Source: Cyanidioschyzon merolae (taxonomy: Eukaryota). From it: a stretch of 64,000 nucleotides of DNA. Positions within the stretch are counted from its first letter, which is position 1; each line of letters opens with the position of its first letter. Under the pieces are notes generated by a model that made no database searches, was not told the DNA's origin, and worked only from the letters and a program-made list of their open reading frames with translations. This document shows, piece after piece, positions 51,666 through 60,500 of the stretch. The translations under genes were made by a program, and so were the position numbers. Location of the stretch: the NCBI GenBank assembly GCA_000091205.1, contig AP006502.2, one strand, 5' to 3'.

Positions 51666-53003
51666 TCAAAGGAATAGTTGACGCACTTGGGCGTAAACTT
51701 CATCCACAGAGCGTTCTGCTGGGATGCGATGCACGCGCATGCGGCGTTCTAGAAACTCTATGACTGGCATGGTCGTCTCTATAAAAGTGCGAAAGCGCTT
51801 GCGAATAGATTCAGGATTATCATCGGTACGGCCGCTGCTGCGACTGCGCTGCAGGAGGCGGCGCTCCATTTCGGCTTCGGAACACTCGAAGAAAAGGCAA
51901 AAATCAGCGCGGCGGAGTAGACACTCAAAATCTATGGCTTGATCCAATGCACGAGGGAACCCATCGATCAACACACCAGGCACTGCGAGGGTGCTACCCG
52001 CATCAACTAGTTTCTTCCGTAAAAGTTCCAACGTGATATGACCGGGCACAATGGCGCCTTGGCGAATCATCTCGTCAATCAGCTGGCCCTGTTCGGACTG
52101 AGTCTGGATCTCAGCGCGCAGCAGATCACCTGCTGAAACATGCCAAAAACCAAACTCGGCGACGAGTCGGGCGCACTGGGTACCCTTGCCGGCGCCTGGG
52201 CCGCCGAGTACGAAAACCAACCGAGGCGGCAGACGCGCATGACCCTGCAACGAGGCAGCTTCCTGGAGGTACGCACCAAGCCACTCCAAGGGCTGCGCTG
52301 GCTGCGCCATACAAAGTCGGGATAATGCGGTCGTAAGCGTCTCTAGTACGGTGGAGCTCAAGTACGACTTTGCAGCGGAGCCTCCACCGGCCACTTGCTC
52401 GCCGACGACGCGCACTCGTTCGTATATGCGCTCCACTTCTGTTGCATCGTGGAAGCATTTCGCAAGATCACTCGTAATTTGCGTTACATCCCGACTGGTC
52501 CAGACCCCACAGTGCGCCTTATCCACGCCGAAAAGCGCACGAAGGCTTCGGGGCGCCAGGGCGCGGGCTTCAGCGGGGTCTACGGGTCCGCACAACTCGA
52601 GCCACCGTTTCCAGTCTGTCGCCGAAGTCTGCTCCAGAGGCGTTGCCTCTTCGTTCGACAGGAACACCATCTCGACAGGCGGAGTCGCTCTGCGAAGCAC
52701 GACGATCTCAGAACGCCCTTCACACAGCGCAGCGACGTGTTGTTCGTTGTGCACCTCATCGTCTGGGGCAGGCGTCGTGGTCTCGGCGGGCTCAGGTGAA
52801 AGCAGCGCACGCGCTCGTTCGGGCGTCCAGACGACGGTCTGCCGCGCAACCTCGGTCCAACCGTCTGTCTTTCGTGCGTACGCCAGAATCGGATCTTTTC
52901 GATAAAAAGCTTCCGGCTGAATAACGAGCAGCACAAAACCCGGCCAAGTCGTTCGTTGCGTCATATGCAGTGCAGCTTTGTGGCTGGAGCAGAAATACGG
53001 CAA
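51666..53003 (-). CDS. NME5-like nucleoside-diphosphate-kinase domain + Dpy-30 motif + adenylate/UMP-CMP kinase domain (flagellar-type multidomain nucleotide kinase)
   Basis: 445-aa ORF. The N-terminal region follows the NDK fold pattern: 'GFVLLVIQPEAF', 'WLELCGPVDPAEARALAPRSLRALFGVDKAHCG' (cf. LLGPTDP..A....SLRA.FG.D..NAVHGSDS). Then 'VLETLTTALSRLCMAQPAQPLEWLGAYLQE', a Dpy-30-like motif. Then a complete P-loop kinase: 'VFVLGGPGAGKGTQCARLVAEFGFWHVSAGDLLRAE', 'GAIVPGHITLELLRKKL', 'LIDGFPRALDQAIDFE'. Confidence 0.7.
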   Translation of the reverse strand: MPYFCSSHKAALHMTQRTTWPGFVLLVIQPEAFYRKDPILAYARKTDGWTEVARQTVVWTPERARALLSPEPAETTTPAPDDEVHNEQHVAALCEGRSEIVVLRRATPPVEMVFLSNEEATPLEQTSATDWKRWLELCGPVDPAEARALAPRSLRALFGVDKAHCGVWTSRDVTQITSDLAKCFHDATEVERIYERVRVVGEQVAGGGSAAKSYLSSTVLETLTTALSRLCMAQPAQPLEWLGAYLQEAASLQGHARLPPRLVFVLGGPGAGKGTQCARLVAEFGFWHVSAGDLLRAEIQTQSEQGQLIDEMIRQGAIVPGHITLELLRKKLVDAGSTLAVPGVLIDGFPRALDQAIDFECLLRRADFCLFFECSEAEMERRLLQRSRSSGRTDDNPESIRKRFRTFIETTMPVIEFLERRMRVHRIPAERSVDEVYAQVRQLFL

Positions 53004-53101
53004 GTGCTGTAGGCGTCGCTGTGTTGCCTAGTTGCTCGTTTGAAGTCAGTAGCGCATGCGACGCGCGTCATTCGAGCGACTCGCATCGATGGACACGGGA
53101 C

Positions 53102-53270
53102 AGCTATATCCCGTTTTGTACTGTATCGCATTCGCGCATCCCCGCATGCGCAGCGTGCATCCCCGGCATGTTGAGTTGATTCCTGAGATAGCTATATCCC
53201 GTTTTGTACTGTATCGCATTCGCGCATCCCTGCATGCGCAGCGTGCATCCCCGGCATGTTGAGTTGATTC
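53102..53270. repeat. Tandem repeat, about 88-bp period x 2
   Basis: 'agctatatcccgttttgtactgtatcgcattcgcgcatccc[c/t]gcatgcgcagcgtgcatccccggcatgttgagttgattc' occurs at 53102-53182 and 53190-53270. It lies in the divergent intergenic region between the NDK-AK gene and the LysM gene. Confidence 0.9.
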
Positions 53271-54634
53271 TTGGATCGTGCGCGGCACCCGGTTCATCCG
53301 TATGTTCTCGAATGGTTCATTCTACGTAGACGTCAGCGTGGGCGCACAGACGCTGGATCGCAGAGACGTGCATCGCATCGCTGTCGTGGAGGTGTCGACG
53401 TTTCACCAGCACCTCTGCAATGCTTTGCTTGGAAACAGGCACTCGATTCCCCGAAGCGCCGGGTCGCGCGTAGCAGCTTCATGCAACGCCGTTCATCGCG
53501 CATAAAGATGAAGTCAGCATTCGATGACGAGTGTGCGTATGCAGGTTCTGTCGAGAGGGTAGCATCCCCGGAGTCACGACTCGTACACAGCGACATGGTG
53601 ATCGGGGCGTCCATCATTGATCGCTGAGCGTACTCGTAGAGGTGATTAGGTCACGATGACTCGCTCAGTGGAGCGAGCATGAGAGGCGCGGCGCTTCCAG
53701 GACCTTTACGACAGAAAGGGACCGGGACGGAATGTGCCTCAGCGCCTCGTCAACAAATTCGCTGGGTCCCCATATAGCATCCATCCGGGGTCGTTCGTGT
53801 CATTGCGAAATGCACGCCTCCAGTCCCAGTGTGACTGCTCAATCGCAGCATGGCGCATCTGGTTCGAGCAAACGCTGTCCAACGGTGCGAATGGGATGTA
53901 AGACATCACGCCGGATTCGGGTTTTGCTGTTGTCGTGTGATCCGCCGTGTCGTTTCACGTCACATGCATGATCTGACACATGCGGATGAAATGGCCAGTA
54001 AACAACCGGAAAGCGTTCACTTTCTCCGGGTTTCTCATGCCAGCAAAGCTCTTGTTCTTCAGTGACAGGGAACTCCGCATGTGTACCACCCGCAAGCTTC
54101 GAGACGCCAAACTCCGCGCCTCATTTCGTCATCGCGCACCATTGCAGGCTCACAGCGGCACTGCAGCTGTCGCCTGCCCAGCATGGTAAGCAGCGAGGCG
54201 TCCGTGCGTCGCAGCACGTCGCTCTAAGCGGACGCATAGCGCCAACATACGGAGCCTGTGCGCGCCACCGCTACAATGCACGCCGCGCTCGTCCATTGAC
54301 CATGCGCGATGCACTAGACACACGCACGAGGCTACGAAACGACACCACTGCGGCGCGCCACGTAGACACGTGGCGCTCGTGCAGGCTCGCGCAGATGCGC
54401 CAGCGCATGCGATCCGTTGCGTCCGTGATGTTCCACATTATTCCTATTTAGTACATTCATGAAATAAATGGACAATGCACAAAGAACACAGCGCTGGGGT
54501 GGCATGGCGCGCAATTTGGCGCGAAGTCAGCGATGGCGCGCAAACTGGTTGAATACCCGCAACAGCTTCAAGCGCGTTAGGACTCGCCACCACGTATACG
54601 ATACTGTGGTTGCGTCAGTGTTCGTACTCGCGAC

Positions 54635-57010
54635 ATGTGGGTGGTCTTTGTGAATCAAGTAAGGCGCACGCATGATGGAATTGATGTATCGAGCCGTGGA
54701 CGCTGGTACTTAAATGCGAACAAGCTCCGGTGCAAGCGGGCTCGGTCGCTTGCGTATATGACTGTTGTTCGCAGCTTGCCACGGCCACCGGGCTTCTACG
54801 TGACGACGCAGGATGGTGACACGCTTGCGAGTATCGCGTCACGCTATGGCATTGACGCGAAACGTGTTTGGGAGCTGAATAACCGCGCTTCGCGTTTAGA
54901 GTTTAAGCGTGGCAAGTTCCCATTTCTCCCTGGTTTGAAACAGCACGAGGTTTCGAGGCAAGCGCCTTCAGGTGGCGTATCCCTAGAGGAGGCGCTGGAG
55001 CGGCCACTATGTTCTGGGCAACGCATCTTTGTACCGAATGAAACAGTTGCACAGACTGCAAAAGGCGGTAACCTCCATGGGGCTTCCTTGCGCCAAACGG
55101 CACCTCCAAAAACAGTCGAAGCACCTCCGGTTACCCGGACGTTTGTTCCTCCCAAGGCACAGACCACTCCGCAACAGAAATCTTCAGCAGCGATGGGTGC
55201 TCCATCCGCGCCACCGGCCAAGGGTGTCCCGGTTGTAGAGCAGCAGGCACTGCCGCCGTCACCACCATTACAGGGTACGCTCGTTGGCTCGGTTGGGACA
55301 ACGGATTTCTTCCTGGGCGTCTTCGCGGTGCTCGTTGGATTTTATTCGGCGAAGATGATGCTGCCGCGGTCGAATACCGAACCCGGAACGCAGCCAAAGA
55401 CCTCACTCCTAAAGGCCTTGTATAAGAGGCTCGTGGGCTTTCTACAGGCCATGATTACTGTTGCTGTTTTGATTGGGCTCGCGGCAGGCGCGCTAGGCGC
55501 TCGCCTCCGAGCGGCGCTGCTGTTCATCTTTAACGCCTGCACGATACTCTTACGTGGCGTATCGCAGATGATCGTCCTCTTCGGCCAGTTCATGTGCGGC
55601 ATGCTCGGTGTCGTGGCGCTTGCGGTTCAGGGTGTCGTTCAACTGTTCCAACGGCTTGCGCAGGCGGCATTCTTGCTGATCGCGTCGATTTTTTTGGTTA
55701 CGTGGCAGAGCGCGGTACGTCTCTGGTCGGCAGCCTCTACGCGTTCGAGCGCAGTACTAGAGAACATCACCCAGCGCGGGCTGTCACCATCGCTGCCCTC
55801 GGCGGAAACAGGATTGTGGTCTGTACCAGATGAGCGCTCTTCCTCCGTCGACCAGACGGCATCCGAGTCGTTCTTTGGGCTCATTCGGCAATTTTTCTCG
55901 CGGGATTCGGGAAGCGATCTCATTCGCTGCGTTCTTCGTGAACGCACCCAGATCTCGGACGCCTTCGTTCGAATGCGATTCGATCTTCCGGGACCCGACG
56001 ACCAGCTAGTTCTCCAGATGGGTCAACGCATCGAAGTGCATGTTCAGAAAAGCCGCCAAAGTCTCTGGAGTGACGTTCAGCCCCTTGATCAAGCGGAATC
56101 TTCTTGTGGGCTTGGAGCAATCAGGCCGCACCTGCTAGCGGTCGCCAGTGATCGCCATCAGCCTGGTAGCTTCGAGATCATAGTGCCCGTGTCGCACGCA
56201 CTGCAGCAAGTGCTTTGGGAAGCGAGCGACGCAGATAATGCGACGCATTCGGCTGCCGCTGCTCCAATGGACGCCGAGTACGATGGTGCTTTCAGTACAG
56301 GAAGCGATGTCCAGGTCCTGGAGCGGCCATCTACCTCCGACCACGTATTCTCGGCGACGTGCAGTGCAAACAATGACGAGTTCGACGAGCATTTCCTAAT
56401 CGCGCTTGAATCCCTTGTGGAAGGTGTTGATGCTATCCGCGTTCGACCAGCCCCGAATACGGAGCTCATCTACCGTCGCGCGATGAATCCCTCCGCTGGG
56501 ACCGTTGTGGTGCATAACGTTGTGCTCTTAGCATGCGGTCTGGGCATTGTATCCGCGGTGCGCATCGCCGACGAACTCCTACAAGACTCCGAGTCCGCGG
56601 TGAGCCGCATCACGCTAATCTATTATAACGAGCGCGCCCGAGATTTCATCCTCCTCGACGACTTGGAGCGCATGAGCAAAGACCATGGTGAGCGATTCCG
56701 CCTCCATTGTGTTTGGAATGAGAACGCTGGCGCGTACCTTGCCAGCACAGGATTCCCCCGAGCTGCAACGGCTTCCGCTGGTGCGGGTACAAGCGCAACC
56801 GTCGCTGCCGCCGCAGCCAGACGCAACGGCTACGGCCGTGAAAGACGCGCGGCACAGCCGGTGCCTGCTACCGTCCGGGTGATATCGGCCATACCAGCGT
56901 GGACGGAAGGTACAATGGCCATTATCAGCGGGAACGAGTCATTCTCCCAAGAAATGTGGTACGCCTTGGGGGACTCGGGTTACCCGGAGGACGCGATCAC
57001 CTTCATATAA
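54635..57010 (+). CDS. Multidomain membrane protein: N-terminal LysM, polytopic TM region, C-terminal FNR-like FAD/NAD(P)-binding oxidoreductase domain
   Basis: 791-aa ORF. LysM: 'YVTTQDGDTLASIASRYGIDAKRVWELNN'. About four hydrophobic helices lie between residues 230 and 370. C-terminal NAD-binding-like 'TVVVHNVVLLACGLGIVSAVRIADELLQDSE..RITLIYYNERARDFILLDDLERMSKDHGERFRL' (cf. cyt-b5-reductase MIAGGTGITPM...LLFANQTE.DILLR.ELE) and end 'MAIISGNESFSQEMWYALGDSGYPEDAITFI'. No His pairs typical of ferric-reductase heme domains were seen. The FNR call is moderate. Confidence 0.55.
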   Translation: MWVVFVNQVRRTHDGIDVSSRGRWYLNANKLRCKRARSLAYMTVVRSLPRPPGFYVTTQDGDTLASIASRYGIDAKRVWELNNRASRLEFKRGKFPFLPGLKQHEVSRQAPSGGVSLEEALERPLCSGQRIFVPNETVAQTAKGGNLHGASLRQTAPPKTVEAPPVTRTFVPPKAQTTPQQKSSAAMGAPSAPPAKGVPVVEQQALPPSPPLQGTLVGSVGTTDFFLGVFAVLVGFYSAKMMLPRSNTEPGTQPKTSLLKALYKRLVGFLQAMITVAVLIGLAAGALGARLRAALLFIFNACTILLRGVSQMIVLFGQFMCGMLGVVALAVQGVVQLFQRLAQAAFLLIASIFLVTWQSAVRLWSAASTRSSAVLENITQRGLSPSLPSAETGLWSVPDERSSSVDQTASESFFGLIRQFFSRDSGSDLIRCVLRERTQISDAFVRMRFDLPGPDDQLVLQMGQRIEVHVQKSRQSLWSDVQPLDQAESSCGLGAIRPHLLAVASDRHQPGSFEIIVPVSHALQQVLWEASDADNATHSAAAAPMDAEYDGAFSTGSDVQVLERPSTSDHVFSATCSANNDEFDEHFLIALESLVEGVDAIRVRPAPNTELIYRRAMNPSAGTVVVHNVVLLACGLGIVSAVRIADELLQDSESAVSRITLIYYNERARDFILLDDLERMSKDHGERFRLHCVWNENAGAYLASTGFPRAATASAGAGTSATVAAAAARRNGYGRERRAAQPVPATVRVISAIPAWTEGTMAIISGNESFSQEMWYALGDSGYPEDAITFI

Positions 57011-57344
57011 ATCCAGCGTCTGCAACGGCGACGCCGTACGCAGCGGTTTTCGCCCTAACGCGACACATTGATTGGGGGTTTGTCCATTATATGCATGGCT
57101 GATTATTCCATTTAAATACAAGTCATTCCGCGTGCTCGTTTTCGCCTCCGGGTTGCGCTGCCCGAATCGTTTGCGTTGCCCGCATCAAGCGTCCTTCAAT
57201 GCCTCGTTCTGTCGTCATCCGGAGTTGCAAGACAGTCCAACAGAACGCTTCTATCTGGATCTCGAATTCCGCGATCGACAGGCAAGTAGACTACAGAGAG
57301 AGCGCTTTTGCGTACGCTGCTCACTTGTAGCCGTATTCAGGATC

Positions 57345-57415
57345 ACGACGGACACGCATGCAGACACGCATACATGCAGACACGCATGCATGCAGACACG
57401 CATACACGCATACAT
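57345..57415. repeat. Imperfect (ACGCATRCAG)n microsatellite
   Basis: 'gacacgcatgcagacacgcatacatgcagacacgcatgcatgcagacacgcatacacgcatacatg' in the convergent intergenic region at 57.0-57.6 kb. Confidence 0.8.
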
Positions 57416-57577
57416 GTTTGAACACGTGTCCTCTGATGCTGTCCAACAAGTCCACCTTCGTTCCACGCGACGCAGTGCGCCCTGTTCCAGGCCAGCTTCC
57501 CACCGGACCCAGTGATCCAGGACGCCACGGACCAAGACAATAACGAAACCACAGGTGCCACGCGCGTTGCTTTATCT

Positions 57578-60500
57578 CTAGGAATGCGTTCGAGTGGGCG
57601 GCATCGCTGCCCCATTGTTGCCGCGCGGCGGAGAAGAAGCCATCTGCTCGAGCGCTTCAAGCTCCGCTACGGTGTTCACGCCCTCTAGACGCCAGAGAAG
57701 ACCGCTTTCTTCACGAACACAATAAACATCGACGTCATAGCCACAGTCCACTGCCATCTGAACGAGATCAGTGGCGTAGTATTCGAAGCGCTCAGGTACA
57801 GGACTCGAACTGCGCACCCGCTGGTTGCCTTTGTCGACTCGATGCGGTAGCGACGCTGCAAGGAGCTGCATCGAAAGCGCACGATCCACCACCATGATGC
57901 CGGAGTAGAATTCTCGAATGGCCAGGATCTGGGCGCCGTCTGGTCGCTGCAGGGCCTCGCGATACTCCACAATGGCGCGCAGGGCGCCGCTCTGGGCGTC
58001 GCGAACAACGCGTCCATAGGCGCCCGCGTCTCTGGACGTATAGCATCCGCTCAAAATGACGCCGAACGTCTGCGATGGCCCGTTTGGATGGGCCGCTGCC
58101 TCACGCTGACGGCTTCGTTGATCTAGCAGTGGTTCCAGAATCGCAGAATCTACCCCTGGATTATCGCCGTAGAGCACGAGTATGTCACCGGAGAACGTCG
58201 AAAGCGTCGAGCACAGGGCCGCATAGAGGGCGTGGCCGGTCCCGAGCGGCTGGCTCTGGCGAACCAGGAGGTACGGGAGCGCGTCAAGCGCTGTTCGGAT
58301 AGCGCCTTCGACAGACTCGTTGCCGACCACGACAGTCGGTATTCCCATGGTGTGGAGCGTCTCCACCACATGTCGAAGCATGGGTTTGCCACAGAACGAA
58401 TGCACGACCTTGGGGTACGCAGCGCGGAACCGAGTACCTCGTCCCGCGGCGAGCACGATACCGACCACAGCAGCACTTTGGAGTTGCGCTTGCCAGGCGG
58501 ATGCTGGCCCCAACTCGCCAGCGTCTGCCTCAGCCAAAAGCGCACCAGCTACTTCCAAATCGCCCAATCTCGAGGTTTCCGCCAGGCGAATGCCGAATGA
58601 ACCACTTTCAAGGTGTCGGAGTTCATTCTCTGACAGCGACGTGGCCACCTGCTCCAAGATTTGTCGAAGCCGCGACCGCAGCAGCCTTTCTAGCCGACGG
58701 GCGAGCGTTTTGGCGACCTCACCCTCCAGGGCGGTTGAACTGACTTCCACGCGTATCCGCCAGAACGGCTGTGTGCGCGACGGACGTACCAGCACGCTCA
58801 CAGCGTCCTCAATCGACACATCTGGAAATTCCAGCTGAATCCGTTGTAGTTGCTCATCGATGAGGGCCGTTTGCACCCATTCCGGATCTAAGACGCGAGT
58901 TTCGTCTGCAGTGTAGCGCCAGTTTGCTGCGGCGTAGCGACTCGCCTGGCGCAGAAGCGGTGTTTCCATGTCATGCTCTGTGAGCTGCGCGTTCACCACT
59001 TCGCTGTGTCCAGCCGAAGCAAACACCTCTAAACGTTCTAATAAATGCGTGACTGGCTCCGTACGAAGCAGCGCCTCCATCGTAAGTAAGGTGGCAACGC
59101 CGTCGCTGCCCGCGGGGTTCGCCAATCGCGCCAACGATACGATGCATTCAGCAGCGTACCGCGCTTCCCGCGTCAGGGGCGTGCTCACGTCCCGCAACAA
59201 CAACTCGTAGAGCTGACGCTGCACCAGAGGTGCCACGTAACAACCAACATGTCCATTCGGCTCGGCATAGACGGCGAGATTAAAGCAGCGCTCGACGATA
59301 TCGCGGCCGTACTGAGCGCCTGTGGGCACCAGCACCAGGTTGCCATCGCAGAGCGCACGGATTCGCTCGCGATACACACGTCTGCAGTAAGCTGTTAGCG
59401 CACAGCCGAACGATAGTCGGGGCAGTACTTGTATGGGTGTAGTTGTTGTTTCCGGGGCCGCCACGAGCAACTGGACGCAGCGGCGCAGGAATGCAACCAA
59501 ACAGAGCGCTATCCAGTCACCGTCGTAGACTACGATGGATGAAATCGATGATGCCTCTTTCGTTCGACCCGCTGAACGCTGCTCGGATGATGCGTAGTAG
59601 ACCAGGCGATCCGCATCGCCGTCCAGAGCCGCCATGCGGTCGCCCGACACGAGACAACGGAAGTCATCGCCGTGTCCAGCGTGCTGGTGGATGTACTCAG
59701 CCCCGCAGCGCTCGTTCACGGCCTGCGACTCCTCATGTCGATGCGTCGTGCTCAGCGGAAACGATAATAGCGATGATACCTCCGCAAGCACCACCGAAGC
59801 TGATCCATATGCGCAATCAACTCGAAGTCTCGTCGTCGAGTCGACTGCGCCCGATCCAGTCACCTCGGGATCCCGTTGCAGCGCTCGACAAAGCGCATGG
59901 TACCCTTTGACGAGCCGTTCGTGGACATAGGCATCAAAGGTACTCAATCGTCCATTTTGCGATGCCCAGACTGCGTACTGCGTGAATGGTGTGGTGGTGA
60001 GGCCCAGATTTCGCACCCCCGAGCACTGCGTCGCTCGTAGCAAGACTTCTAAAGCTACCTGTGCGAGACGAGCGGAACTCGGACGATTGTCGTAGCCGAG
60101 GATGACGACACCACCGCGCCCGGACTTGTCGTCGATGCTTGAGCCTGCCGCTCCCGGGAGAGTCGCGGTTTTCTCGGCGGCGGCCGGTTCCCTGCCATGA
60201 AGCATTCGATGCGCTAGGCGGTGGAACAGGGAACCAAGAGCCACAGCCCTCGGTGCATGAATCGGTACCGTCAGCGTTTCCACGTTCATTCCGTCGAAAG
60301 AGTCGTTATTCGCGGAATCTGTTGGTGGTGCCAGCGTCTCCTGCAGCAGGTCTGCGAAGAACTCTCCCAGCAAGGGGTGCGGCGTATCCTGGAGGTGCGC
60401 TTGCAACAGACCCCCGTCGCTGCGCACAACCTTGACGCCGTTCTCACTTGACGGGTTGTGGGAAGCAGTTATCATCAGGCCCAGTACACACTTTCGAAAA

